Shown here piece by piece: positions 1-16,967 of a stretch of DNA of 64,000 nt (within the stretch, counting starts at the first letter, position 1; each line of letters begins with the position of its first letter). The position numbers were made by a program, and so were the translations under genes. Under the pieces are notes generated by a model, which saw only the letters and a list, made by a program, of their open reading frames with translations, did not search any database and was not told the DNA's origin. The stretch is from Eledone cirrhosa (lineage: Eukaryota): positions 248,806,001 through 248,870,000 of the forward strand of contig OZ024742.1 of assembly GCA_964016885.1 (NCBI GenBank). The letters run 5' to 3'.

Positions 1-775
1 CGGTGGAAGATGCGGAGGAAAAAGAAAAAGGAGTCGAACTGGTCTGTGGTGAATGAGGTGAAGCTGATACCATCGTCAACAAAACGGCAGGTTTAGCTTG
101 GAGGTGGTACCAGTGAATAGAGCAAAGATTTGGGCCTCAACGTAGCTGTCGAAAATGTTTGCGTAGCTGGGGTACTTTCATGTTCCCATGGCCAACGCGG
201 TTAGCTGTTGATGGAACTTACCCGAGAAGAAAAAGCAGTTGAGAGTGAGGACCAGCTCGGCAAGGCGGGTGGAGGTGAAGCTGGAGAGTTGAGCGGAGGG
301 GAAAAAGTCGAGGAATATTTGGAGGGCACGTAGGCCCTCGGCGTGGGGATAACCCTGTAAAGGTATTTAATGTCGACAGAGAAGATGAAGAGGGCGGTTC
401 AAAGGGTGAAAAAGTCAAGGAGGCGGTGAGCGTGTTTGGTGTCAGATATGTCGGAAGGGAAGAGACTACTAGTGGTCCGCTACAGGCAGTTGCAGGTGAA
501 GATGATGGGGCGGCCAGTGGTATCTGTGTTGTGGATTGGGGGTAGAAAATAGATGGTCGGTTGAAAGGGGGTGCGGACGATGAGGTTTATGGCGGTGGGG
601 GAGAGGAGGTGGCGAGTTGCCCTGCTGTGGGGGTTACTTGTAGCTGGGATGAGGGGTGACGGTAGAAGAGGGGGTTGCGAAGCTGTCGTAGAGTCTGCAT
701 CGTTTAGAGGTTTGGGGCGCCACACAGCCACGGCACCCCGTTGTCCAACGGTTTGATGACAATGCTGTCGGAAGG
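1..775 (-). mobile_element. Degenerate Penelope-like element reverse transcriptase core (runs off the window start)
   Basis: Minus-strand translation across frameshifts gives PLE RT motifs in the correct order: DSIVIKPLDN/GAVAVWR (cf. IVIKPADKGGAVVVW), IYFLPPIHNTDTTGRPIIFTCNC (cf. FYLLPKIHK..PGRPIVS.C), LAMGT*KYPSYANIF (cf. GVAMGT...PSYANLF) and CRFVDDG (catalytic YxDD-like, ~65-90). Confidence 0.85.
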
Positions 776-879
776 GTGAGTTTGGGTTGAGGTTGGAGGC
801 ATTGGGCTTGGAGTGGGTGGTGGGAGGTGTGTGTGTGAGAGAGTTTTTAAGTCAGTCTATGTATATGTATGTATATATG

Positions 880-1500
880 TAACGTGGGTGTTTCAACCTT
901 ATATTTGTAGACAATGTTACTAGAGAGGCATTTCCCGGATAGGGGGCAATCAACCCGATTCCTACAATTACAGTTAGTACTAACTACAGAGTTGCACGTG
1001 TTCCTACGGCTAGGTTGTTTAGCTAAATTTGAAGCTGTGATGTTATGTGCAAGGTTAGAAGTCGTAGAGTAAGTCATTTTAATAGTATTTCTATTAAAAA
1101 TGTTACTATATTTATGTGTAGGGGGAAAATGCTTCGTAATAAGGGATAGAAAGATCTTAGCTAATGGTGTGGCCACCTCCATATTATATGGTGGGTTATA
1201 CCATATAATGCGACGGGATCTATTTCTTCTAGGTCTATTCTCGTACTCAGCATATGCTACCTTATCGACAAATCCACTCCGAGCAAGAGCTTCATTGTAA
1301 TAAGTGGAATGGTCGTTGAAAATATGCTCGTTAGTAGATAGACGGGAAAGCCTCAACAAAACGTTTCTTACCAGGTTCTTGGTTATGCTGGCAGGATGGT
1401 TGGAATGCTTAATTATGTAATTAAGCGTATCATTCGGCTTTCTATACGGGTAATACAAGCCATTTGATAAATTGAGGGTAACGTCGAGGTAATTAACGAC
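880..1500 (-). mobile_element. Penelope-like element fragment: RT thumb, linker and start of GIY-YIG endonuclease
   Basis: ORF 847-1458 extended upstream: VVNYLDVTLNL..YYPYRKPND..YI..HSNHP..., RRIIWYNPPY, CNCRNRVDCPLSGKCLSSNIVYK. Truncated at a TA-rich tract. Confidence 0.9.
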
Positions 1501-1677
1501 TGTATAGAGAGGTTGAAGCCTTTAAAGCCGTTAAGGGTGAAAGCAGCGATTTTTGCTTAAAATTTAATCTGTTATTTTAATAAATATTTGCTCTACGGTT
1601 CTTATATATTTGATATATATTTATCCTTATCGGGCCCTCTTTGGATTTTAGTCTTCAAATTTTTTATTATTACTCTA

Positions 1678-1680
<3 letters not shown>
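1500..1680 (+). mobile_element. PLE-type 3'-end unit, inverted relative to the adjacent ORF fragment
   Basis: gccgttaagggtgaaagcagcgatt..gcttaa..ttaatctgtt recurs in reverse at 55301-55356. Contains AATAAA and ends in (TA)n. Confidence 0.5.
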
Positions 1681-1717
<37 letters not shown>

Positions 1718-1822
1718 TATTTATTATTGTATTATATATGACGATAGATTAACGGAACCATAGACTCTCGCCATTCCCTGTCAATAATGTGTTCAAAGGA
1801 GAAGGAATCCTGACCTCTTTAA

Positions 1823-2360
<538 letters not shown>

Positions 2361-2793
2361 GTTATAAAGGCCAGATTAAATGAAAACAGTGGTCGTGAAG
2401 CCATCAGCCACCGGAGCCAAAAAAGACGAAGCAAGCTAAACAGGTTAACAAAAGAATTTACCTGGACCTCCTGGAAATTGTTGGTAAAATCCAGTGGGAG
2501 GTTTCTGTGACTTCTAAATCAATTATACTGCTTGCTTTCGTTGTAGGCTTTTGGTATAAGGATCGAACAAGGTAGCCATTTCGTCAATAGGTATTTTGTT
2601 CTCAGCCGGCTACTGGGTTCCAATACAATAGTAGTGACGTTATTACCCCACTTGTTTACCCTGCAAGGGAGGTAACCGCGGTTAATTGCTCTGGTTTTCT
2701 ATGACTCCATTGAGCGCTTGCCGCACATCTCGAGGATTGCGTTTCGTTTTGTGTTTGGCCCCCGCTGAAATACGATCTCGCTGAAATTATATT

Positions 2794-2833
<40 letters not shown>

Positions 2834-2923
2834 CAGAGAGAGAGAGAAAGAGAGAGAGACATGGAAAGTGAGAGAGAGACTTGTTGAAGCTTATTCAAAC
2901 ACATACATACATACATACATACA

Positions 2924-2957
<34 letters not shown>

Positions 2958-5772
2958 CATATATACATACATACATACATACATTCATCCATCCATTCAT
3001 CCATACATATATAAAGAGTCAATAACATCTGTACGTGTATTACACACGGATTTCCTCTCCATTTCGACTGAAAGACATTGATCTCTCCTTCATCTATTTG
3101 ATGTTTAAAGAAGAATTTAAACTTCTAAGTATTTTTCACCAATATTACATCAGAATGATGAAAGACTATGAGTTGACCCCGAGGTGGTCCCTTTACTTGT
3201 CTCACGACTTAAATCTATGTGAAGTTATCCGACATATTTTGTCTCCAATAATTTACTGATGATACCAATCACCGATTAAAATATGTAACGTTGTTGTCAC
3301 TAGATACGTGTGAGCTGCAGTGGGAAGGAAAAGGTGAGTTAAGGAAACAATTGACAGATCAGTCCAAGGAAATAATGTGTCCATTATTATTTCCATTACT
3401 GAAATGCCATTTGTATGTCGTATCAGGGGTGATATTTCAACACATAACCCACAATGCCGAATCAGATACTGATATGTTAACAATTCCGCCTGTTCACCTA
3501 AAATGGAATGGTTATTAATTTATGAAAAAAAGGTTATGTTCAGAATGTTTGCATGTTGTTTTCTGGAAATGAGGTTCTGTTTAGAAACTCTGCATATTGT
3601 TTACTTGAAAGAAGACTATGTTCAGAAATTCTGAGAGTTGTTTGTTTCAGAAGGCTGTACTTGAAATGCCGGTGTGTCCCCAATGTTACCGAGCAGTTGT
3701 TATGAAGCAGTGATAAAAATGTATATTATCAGATTGTATCTAAGTGATACATTAGTGTTACGTGAAACTATTTTAAATCACAATATAAAGAAGTGAAATG
3801 TTTTCAAATAACACATAATCAGATGACAAATGCCATTATACAATCTTCAACACACACATATAAACTTTCTCTCTGAATAAATATTACTTGATTAAAATCA
3901 TTCTCAACAATCCTACATATCTCTCTTTATTGATATTATCTGTGACTCACTCAGAGAGCATTGCATTGATCTCATGAGGATTAAATGCAAAGTTGATATC
4001 GCCGGAATTTGAACTAAAGATTCAGTGAACCGGAATAGGTACCGTGGCATTTAATCCAACGCTCTAACAACTCTGCCATTTCGTCTCCTGTGAGAAAGAG
4101 GCAAACGGAAATACGAGCCGGAAATTAGAGAAAAAGATTTTTTTGAAATTATTTGCAGGATACTTTAGAACACCTCCTCACAGCCTCATCTTATATATTT
4201 TGTTTGGGGGATAGACTTAACAACAAAAAACTCGTCTTGTGCTCGTATAGACAAAACATTTCTACAGCAGCAGCCACACAACATCACACCACTCTTTTGT
4301 TGCACACACACACACGTAACCGACACTACGTGATACACATACCTGGTCTACCAACTTCTAATGCGCTCCCAATGTTATGGATAACGGTGCACCTGAGTAA
4401 CTAGAGGGGAGAATCCCGAAAATCTAGTTCCTTATAAGGGAACAACAACCCAAATTATAATGTTAATCTAATATAATTGTTTCATCCGTATAACTTATAA
4501 TTTGACCACCAAGGCCGCAATTTGTGAGGAGCAGAATGTCCACGTCAGTACTTGACTGGCACTTTTGTTTTAATTAATGCGGCCGATAGAAAGAAAGACA
4601 AATGTGGTTTCGGTGGCATATGAGATAAGAAAGGATTCCTATAAAAATTTCATAAATTATTTTGTTTGAAGCTCTAACGATTCTGTCAATTTTCCGCCAT
4701 TAGATCATCATAAATTCATATTTTTTTAACTAGACAGTCCAGTGTTAATTCATAGACCCGATTATATTGATGAATACATTAAATATCCTTTCATATCGAA
4801 GGCATAATTGGACTAATGGTTGTTCAAGAGCCTGTGGTCATATTCCACAACAGTTTATTCTATAGAAGAATAAGTGTACTAAAGGTTGATCAACACATCT
4901 AGTCTTAATAATACAGCCTGCATGTTTATAGAACACTAATTGTACCAATGGTTGTTTATCACTTCTTGTCTCAATAAAACAACACATATTTATATATATA
5001 TAACACCAGCAACAAACAGAAGGTGACTGTTTTGAGTCGGTTCGTTTCAAATATAAACGAAATAATGAAGCAATGGCTGACTCAGTTTTATAATAGTACG
5101 ATGAATGACGAATATATGAAAATTCTGGATTTAAAAAGAATGGAAAAAACTATATATATAGCATAAGGCATTATACAGAAAGGATAAACGAAGTAAATTG
5201 TTCAATAGACTTTGAGATAGTTAACAATATATAAAACACAGTATTAATATGATATATTACATCACGGCTTTCACTCCAAGCCTATTGTCTGGCGTGTTTA
5301 ATAGCCAGTTCCAGTAAGCTGTTATGGCTGAACGAGATGCTCAATTTGACATTTGTATCTGTGGAAATTATGGTTTCTATGGCATAGGCTAGTTGATGGA
5401 GCCCAGATTCAGAAGTAGTTGTATGAGAGATAATTTCCGGTTAACTTAATATATATTTTATGGTGATGACCTCAGGTGAAAAATTATTCGTCTTCAGAAC
5501 TGTAACCAATTATATTGCTAGTTACTGATCCTTGCCGTTCTTCCAAGCTGCTTCAAGTACGGAAACAAATCATAACACTCCATTCAGATTGTCACACGTT
5601 CATTCGGCCAAAATGAAGACTTTTATACACAAAGCCACACATACATATCATATACATACACATACAAAATATATACGGCATATATACAAATATACACGAA
5701 TATATATATATATATATATATATACCCGCAGGCACACGTACACAAACACATACACACACACACACCCCACAT

Positions 5773-5877
<105 letters not shown>

Positions 5878-5908
5878 CGGACACACGCACACATGCACAC
5901 ACAGACAC

Positions 5909-5940
<32 letters not shown>

Positions 5941-6043
5941 ATATATATAAACACACACACAGACACACGCACACATGCACACACACACACACACATATAT
6001 GTATATATATATATACACACACACACAGACACACGCACACATG

Positions 6044-6129
<86 letters not shown>

Positions 6130-6308
6130 ACACGTGCGGACAGAAATACACATACGCACATATACAATATGCAGGCACACATATTATGCACCGAATCTCA
6201 CTCAATCAAGTCCGTTGTCCATAGTATGGTTCTGGTAAATATGTGTGCGTGTGCGTGCGTAAATGTATATGTATGTACATTATATTCTGAATGTCTCCTT
6301 GTGTATAA

Positions 6309-6369
<61 letters not shown>

Positions 6370-6486
6370 CATACATACATACATATACATTTCTATAAAC
6401 ACACACACACATACACACATACACATACATACACATATGTATGTATAAATATAAGTATACATTCATATACATATATAGATACATAC

Positions 6487-6536
<50 letters not shown>

Positions 6537-6538
6537 TC

Positions 6539-6634
<96 letters not shown>

Positions 6635-6656
6635 CTATATATATGTATATAGATAC

Positions 6657-6691
<35 letters not shown>

Positions 6692-6737
6692 CATATATAT
6701 ATATATATATAAGAATATATATCTATACATATATATT

Positions 6738-6789
<52 letters not shown>

Positions 6790-7224
6790 TGTAGGGAGGA
6801 ATAAATAGAAGAATTGAAGTCATTCTCGTGTCTATTTAAACCTCAACAAGGAATGGCAATCTATTGAGATACCAGATGAGATAAAGGATGAAATAACGTT
6901 ATCAACTGTAACCAGTCACCATTTCCTCTGCATTGGCCATACAACATATATTCAACTCTACACTTCGTCGCCATATTTCTATAGAATTCTCAGGCCTTAC
7001 ATTCCACTTTCTCTCACACTTCACCTACCCCACTATGTCTTCCCCTTTGCTCTTACTCTTTCTACATCTTCTTCCTCTACTTTATTATGTTTCGCACTCT
7101 CCTCTTATGTCTCATTCCCTCTCTCTCTCTCTCCCTCTCTCTCTCTCCCTCTCTCTCTCTCTCTCTCACACACACTCTCTCTCACCCTCTCTCCCTCTCT
7201 CTATCCCACTATCACCCTCTCTCC

Positions 7225-7255
<31 letters not shown>

Positions 7256-8601
7256 CACACACACACACTCACACAAATAGACACATACACAGACACATAC
7301 ACAATCACTCACACACAGACACATACACGCATACAATTACACATACAGATACATACCTCCATGCAATTACACACACACACACACATATATATACAGTATA
7401 TATGTGTATATAAATGTAAGTATGCACACGTATACACAAATAATATTTCGTTTCTACACACAATTATTTCCCCACATGTCTCTTTTTCAATTCCAACCCC
7501 TGTCTGCCATACAACTGCATTATTACATTAACAAGTACATAACATAACTTCACATACAATCAATACACAACAATCTTTAAGAATTAATACACCTTAATAC
7601 TTGGGATGTCTCTGAACACTGCAGTGTGTTGCACTATTAGTAGCTCCGTGTGTTAATGTGAAACATGTATAAGACGGAACACATGCTATGGGTACCAAAC
7701 TGAGTGATAGAGCTCTCATGTCGTCTTGTTTACTTGGTGCAATTTAGTATTTTGGTAGAGGTTTAATATACTGCTTTTTTTAAAACCATCTTGGTATGTG
7801 GATGGCATGGAGTTAATATGCCATGAAGTTTAACAAAACATCATATTGTGTGTAGGGTAGACATTTAACACGCTGTTTTATCTAAGACAGTGTGGTCCAT
7901 TGATGGAAGAGGGTTGACATATGTCTTGATTTAACACCACTGGACTGGTATATATATGGTAGAGGGTTAAATAGCCGCTTTGTTTAACACTACAATATTT
8001 TGTATGGTTTGCCACAACCTAGAACATATATAGTAGAATGTAAATATGACACCTCATTTTCATCAAACGTCTCTTCTAGTTTTGATGGCAATTCAAATGC
8101 ATTACATGTTTTATCAATAATATAAACGCGACCTTCCTCCTTGCCGATTATTCAATGTATTCATTCAGACACTGGTTAGGACCACGTATATTCTGTCAGG
8201 CTGATTATGTTTGCGTTTATTGCGGTCACATCTGGGTAATCTGTATGGTAACCAGTGCATGTGCACCTTACTTATATCCGTTTAGATCTTCGTTCGTCAT
8301 CTGTGCGCGATCATTGTTGTACTTGTCGTGTTTGGTTTTGTTGATATTATTGTTGCTACTAACAAACATGGCCTAGATTATTTAATGTGTTCACGAGTTC
8401 TATAGAAATATGATTATATTTCTCATTAAGTAGGCTAAGTGTGTTCGTGCCGTTAATAACGTTAGTGTTCTTTTTGTTTCTGCTAAGAATCGTATATGTA
8501 TACGGTAACAAAACAATTCTTTGAAACTTGCAAAAACACGAGAAAAAAGACAAATGCAAAACCAACAACATTTGTTATCATTACTATGTTTTAATTATGC
8601 G

Positions 8602-8650
<49 letters not shown>

Positions 8651-8678
8651 TCCTTTACTCTTTTACCTGTTCCAGCCA

Positions 8679-8723
<45 letters not shown>

Positions 8724-8858
8724 CAATTGAGGAAAGTTGATGGAAAGTTGGTTGATCAAATAATCCACCTACTTTGGTAGTAGACATACGTAAAACACTA
8801 TTCGACTTGTATTCTTTAAGTATTGTCAATAAGGTTTTAACCGGATTGTGAATACTAT

Positions 8859-8942
8859 AAAGAAGAGAGACGGCTTTAAAAGTACATCCTGTTTATTATA
8901 TAATAAACAAAGGATGTACATTTAAAACCGTCTCTCTTCTTT
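8859..8942. repeat. Short fold-back hairpin of a PLE-type 3' end
   Basis: aaagaagagagacggctttaaaagtacatcctgtttatta / taataaacaaaggatgtacatttaaaaccgtctctcttcttt. Confidence 0.85.
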
Positions 8943-9267
8943 GTGTTATTTAATATAGAAATGGCTTCTACAGGACTAGAACTGCTTCATTCGAGATAAA
9001 TCATCAGGAAGCCGACTGGTACCTTTTCTGCTGATTGGGATGGGTGGGGCTCATTGGTTGATGGATTTAAAGAAAAGGGAATTCTTTAAAAACTATATTT
9101 AGAGTAACAAATGCAGGACACATTCAAGCTAAGTGACTGTAGGCAGGTTCACATTTGGGGGCACTCCTAATTTTAAGATTTATTTAAGCTTACAATGGTT
9201 ATTTATTGATAGCTCTGCTGGAATGCTAAGGTGTCTACAAACACACATACACACACACAATACCCTG

Positions 9268-9321
<54 letters not shown>

Positions 9322-9447
9322 GCAATGAAATACCTATGACCGTTGGTAAATCACTGATGAGGGACTCATTTTATAACATGTTATCCATGTGCAACCATGC
9401 AGTATTCTTCTCCCCATTTTTTCATATATGTATATATATATATATAT

Positions 9448-10790
<1,343 letters not shown>

Positions 10791-10801
10791 AGAAAAAAAA
10801 A

Positions 10802-10832
<31 letters not shown>

Positions 10833-11109
10833 GGGGGGGGGGGTATGTACACACACACACACACACACTCACATATATATATGTGTGTGTGTGTGTGTCG
10901 CGGGGCACAAGGCAATAGTATAATGGATGGAGTTATAGTTAACGCATAATCACCTTTAGATTATGGTATATGGTTTTATCGTCTGCGAAGTGAGGATGAA
11001 CGAGCCGTAACTATAGAGCACAAGGTCAATTGTTCGGCACGCTGAAAACTTTTCCTTACACCATCTTATTAATAACCTTATTATAACATGACAACGTTGA
11101 AAAGTGCCC

Positions 11110-11415
11110 ATTAATGCCATCACTCCAGCCGCTAAACTTGAAAAAGTTATTGGGTGCGTAATAAAACGCTTCAAGGCGATGCTCGAGCATGGACATATTC
11201 TAATGACTCTAACCGGTAAAAGAATTAAAGAATAAATAACCTATGCACTATCCTATAAATAATCTTATTATAACGTGATAATATGAAATGAGGACATTTA
11301 TGCCAATGCTCCAACCGCTAGGCTTGAAATAGTTATTGGATGCGTTATAAATCGCTTTAAGGATATGCCCCAACATGGACGTTGTTTAGTTACTGAGAGC
11401 AGTAAAAGAATAAAT
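11110..11415 (+). mobile_element. Two diverged tandem copies of a SINE-like 3' segment
   Basis: atgcca..ctccagccgcta..cttgaaa.agttattgg.tgcgt.ataaa.cgctt.aagg..atgc....catggac...gtaaaagaat occurs twice. A similar tail is at 54752-54800. Confidence 0.55.
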
Positions 11416-12226
11416 AACCTATACACCATGTCAATGTAAATGACAAATGGTCATGGCTGGAATATCTTTACTAAAAGGGCTGTTGTAGCAATCCGAGCCT
11501 GTTACTAAACAACACCAACAGTGTCGACAACAAGAACAAAAGAAAAGTAACTCTAACATTAACAATCTCATTAAAACAAAGGAAAATAATGAAGTATTTA
11601 ATATGCAACGGCATAAAATAATGTACTTCGTGACAGCACGAACTCACAACCCTTCTGGCCATTTGGCACACACCATTATCCACTGAACCATAGCTATACA
11701 ATGTGATATACAATGAGTAGGAAGATAATTCATATTAATTCACAACTAAAATATATACATACAACTTCACACATTAATTATTTCTGCCTAAAAAATCCAT
11801 TCTTATTTATTTTCAATGTACGCCATTTTGTTATTGCAGAATATGGTGTTGCTTTCTTCTTGTTTGTGTTGTTGGGTTTTGTTGTTGTTGTTTTTTTTGT
11901 GGTGGGAAGTTCTAAACATTTTTGTTGTTTCGTTTGCTATGTAGTTTCCTTTGCTTTTAATTTGTTTTTCTTGATGTTTTCATTGTTGTTGTTGTTTTTG
12001 TTGGTGTTGTTGTTGATGATGTTGTTTTTGGTGGTGGTGGTTGTGGCGGTGGTGGTTGGTGGCGGTGGTGAATGATGGTGGAGGCATCTTTGTTATTGAT
12101 ATTAATGCAGCTCGTTTTGCAGCTTTCCTTGTAAATTTGCATGTGCGTGCATACACACGCACATACACACAGATATACATTCACACACTATAATATAATA
12201 TAGATATATAACCCACACTCAGAAAC

Positions 12227-12267
<41 letters not shown>

Positions 12268-12768
12268 TATATACTACTGTGTTCTGTCTTTCCCAGAAGT
12301 GTCAGAGCTTTAGTTCGCATACAAATATATTCCAGTATATTGCCTCTTTTCTTTCACTAATAAACATCCACTAAATATAGACAGCTCCCATTTCCTTAAG
12401 GGTTTTTCTCCACCTTTCTTCTCTCACTCCACACACACACATATATATATATACATATAAAGAGAGTGAGGGAGATAGAGAGAGAGGGGGAGAGAGAGAG
12501 AGAGAGAGACGGAGAGAGATGACAGAGTGCTCGCTTGTATACATATGTAGGTACAGTGACACTGTTTATATATGTATACATATTGTATATGGGTCATTCG
12601 ACTTATTATTATGAAACACGCTGTATTAGTGGTCAGGCTTATGTACACACACACACACACACACACATCTATATATATATATATGTATATGTAATATATG
12701 TATATATATGTATATATATATATATATATAGTATATATATATAGTGTATGTATATATATATATGTATG

Positions 12769-12801
<33 letters not shown>

Positions 12802-12802
12802 G

Positions 12803-12885
<83 letters not shown>

Positions 12886-13248
12886 TAAATGTATGTGTCT
12901 GTGTATTTGTATATATGTATATATATATATGCGCACACACACACATAACTGTATTTAAATTTGTATATAACGAGGGAGAAAGTTAAAATTACTGACAGGC
13001 AGGCAGACAGATAAAGTCTTCTTCTTCCATTGGTTCAGTTTCATTCCTTCCACACCCCATTTGTAATTCTTTAATTCTTCTATTCCATCGTTGTGTTCCC
13101 GCTATTTATTTCAATCTCACTCTACGTAACTGTCTACCCATTTCTAATAAAGAAACATATCTATCTACCTACCCATCCTGTCTACATACACATCTATCTA
13201 TCTATCAATCTATCTATCTAGATAGATAGATAGCTAGCTATATATCCA

Positions 13249-13321
<73 letters not shown>

Positions 13322-13520
13322 ATATATATATATTATAATATATATATATATATTCTGCTTTTCACACTTTCTCTCAACCTCTATATCTTTACCTAATTAT
13401 GTACCCATCTATTTCTCCCTGCCTCTCTATCTATCTCACTCTCTGTATCTCTATCTCTATCTCTCTATCTCTCTCTCTCTATCTATCTCTGTCTTTCTCT
13501 CTCTCTCTCTCTCTAGATAT

Positions 13521-13564
<44 letters not shown>

Positions 13565-13689
13565 TAAACACACATATATATAAACACAAATTCATAACCA
13601 TTCTTAATTTTTTTATATAATGTACTTCAATTTTTATTTCGTTTCATTCATTTATTTATTATCATTCATTGTCGTTTTTTTTTCACAAT

Positions 13690-13722
<33 letters not shown>

Positions 13723-13954
13723 TCCTTCTTCTTCTTCTTCTTCTTCTTCTTCTTCTTCTTCTTCTTCTTCTTCTTCTTCTTCTTCTTCTTCTTCTTCTTC
13801 TTTTTTTTTTTTATTTTTCCTCCTCCATCATCATCTTTATCGGTTTGTAAGGAAGAATTTGTTTTTAATCAGTTTTTTTTCTTGAAAATTTCCTCTTAAA
13901 TTTATTAATTTTTTTTCCTTATACACACACAAGCACGCAGACACACACTCATAT

Positions 13955-13998
<44 letters not shown>

Positions 13999-14328
13999 CC
14001 ACGTTATCATTGTTGTTGTTGTTGTTGTTTTTAACATTATATTATTATTATTATTATTATTATTATCATTATTATTATTATTATCATCATTATTATCATT
14101 ATTATATCGTTATTAATATTATTATTATTTTTTTCTTGTTAACTCAACTGTTCGCCCATATTGAATGAGACGATCAGAAGGAAAGTGAGTTATGACTAAT
14201 ATAGAAGAATATAGAAGAAGTAATCTTCAAAGGAAGAACTGCAGCCGAAAGCAATTAAGTTTAAAGTAAAGATATACTTGAAAAATATCACTGAGGTGAA
14301 AGATGCAAATCTTAACACTGTCAGAATT

Positions 14329-14427
<99 letters not shown>

Positions 14428-14490
14428 TATGTATATATATATTATATATGTGCCTGTACTTACAGATGCATACATACATAAACACACACA

Positions 14491-14546
<56 letters not shown>

Positions 14547-14687
14547 CTTAAGTAAATATATGTATACATACATATATGTAGGTATTAATATGTGTATGAT
14601 GAATGCGTGGTGTGATTGGATGGATTTTTTAGTAGATATATAATTATATATATTTATATATATATACATACATGCACATACATATAT

Positions 14688-14761
<74 letters not shown>

Positions 14762-14851
14762 GTGTGTGTGTAAATATATATATATATATATATTAATATG
14801 CGTCTGATTATATGTGTGCACTACAAAAGAACCATATGGATAGGATATGAG

Positions 14852-15036
<185 letters not shown>

Positions 15037-15321
15037 TATATACACATTGTATAATATATATGTGTGTATACATACATGGATATATGTATATATATGTGCA
15101 TATATAGGTGTGTATATGTGCGTGAGTTATTGAATGGACATATTTATACATATATACTCACATGATATCGTGCAGATATATTCCAATACATAAATTTAAA
15201 GACTACAGTTATAGTAATTTCTATTCCACACACTTGAATTACATGTGTATGAATGCAGAATTATATTATTTGTATGTGGCTGTATATATTTATGTATCAC
15301 TCTCTGTGTGTTTGTGTTCTT

Positions 15322-15355
<34 letters not shown>

Positions 15356-15620
15356 ATGTGTGTTATAGATGGGTGGATGGTGCGTATTTGTGCCTGTGTA
15401 TAAATCTGTGTTATATATGTATATATAACAAGATATATCCATAGACATTCTTTAAATTCTCTTATAGATACATGTGTATATAAATTGTGTACATTCACAG
15501 CTCACCTGTATATTCATACAATTTTACTTGAATGTCCTCGCTAATATCTTTTTATTTACATATTTAAATGCCTATATATTTGTATATATATATATATATA
15601 TATAAATATATATATAATAA

Positions 15621-16469
15621 GTAGAAATTGATTAACATGATTAAATGAATAATCACAGGAGATAATTTTTACAAGTGTGTAAGCACACATAGCTAGGTAG
15701 GTAACTAAATAAAGTTAACCAGAACTTCAAAAATAGATACCTTATAATATGATTAATCTTCCCTGTATATATTCCATTAAAGAAATATATTTCACCAATT
15801 AATCGAATGGTAAACCATAGAGGCCGGTACTTGAATTTTTAACAAGGAAGATGTCCAGCGATCTATGTTTACACTTCAAGTTCAAATCAGCGACTGGCCA
15901 GCAACACGTGCTGTATCTACTACACATTATACCAGCTTCGTCACAGTGGCGTGAATAGGGTTATTGACAACTAGAAACAGCAGTCAAATGTTTTCAACAG
16001 AGTTAGCTCTACAATTAAGGAGCCGTATTTATATATCTATATCCAAAATGAAGATAATCAAAATTATGGTTGTCATGCCAGAAAGGCATGCGCCATATCA
16101 CCCGCAAAATAAGCTCTAAGATTCTAACGAATAGGTCCGAGCATTTTATAATAACTAGAAATTGATTAACATATAAATAAACATGAATAATCACAGGAGA
16201 TAATTTTTACAAGTGTGTAACCACACATAGCTAGGTAGGTAACTAAATAAAGTTAACCAGAACTTCAAAAATAGATACCTCATAATATGATTAAAATTAC
16301 CTCCTGTGATTATTCATGTTTATTTATATGTTAATCAATTTCTAGTTATTATAAAATGGTCCGACCTATTCGTTAGAATCTTAGAGCTTATTTTGCGGGT
16401 GATATGGTGCATGTCTTTCTGGCATGACACCCATAATTTTGATTATCTTAATTTTGGATATAGATATAT
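15621..16469. repeat. Rearranged TA-embedded element with a direct duplication (15622-15755 = 16155-16293) and inverted arms (16031-16199 / 16301-16469)
   Basis: Direct and reverse-complement matches read from the sequence. Bounded by (TA)n. Confidence 0.85.
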
Positions 16470-16485
16470 ATATATATATATATAT

Positions 16486-16736
16486 AACCAAAGATTAATA
16501 TGGTTCATTGATTACTCAGTGAATATAGTTTTACAATAGATTAAAAGCACTCTACAGTACGTTTTACTGCAAATACTGGAATTGAACTATGAAGACAGTT
16601 GAGGTATGTTATACATCAATTCATGTATTTTATCTGACGAGGACGTACCCTAAAAAACAGCACATTACCTTCGAAATATATATAATAAAACATATATTTT
16701 GATTATTTGAATGTTTTCATTTATTACTATTCTGAA
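16486..16736 (+). mobile_element. PLE 3'-end unit (family A) with its distal 3' segment inverted at the 5' side
   Basis: 16486-16555 is the reverse complement of 41344-41413, and 16577-16736 matches 41160-41315. Confidence 0.85.
16628..16690 (+). ncRNA. Type I hammerhead ribozyme motif (family A)
   Basis: TTTTAT CTGACGA GGACGTA..TACCTTC GAAA TATATA TA^ATAAAA. Confidence 0.75.
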
Positions 16737-16762
16737 TATATATATATATATAATATAATATA

Positions 16763-16825
<63 letters not shown>

Positions 16826-16830
16826 ATATA

Positions 16831-16873
<43 letters not shown>

Positions 16874-16878
16874 ATATA

Positions 16879-16967
<89 letters not shown>

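Noticed and set aside
8962-9012. CTGATGA..GAAG/GAAA motif on the minus strand (related copy at 33022-33070)
   Set aside because: The repeat family is real and probably hammerhead-derived, but stem II is poor and stem I is displaced ~8 nt from the cleavage site. Not counted as a clear ribozyme.
9354-9405. CTGATGA followed by GCAACCATG
   Set aside because: No convincing stem II closure or GAAA.
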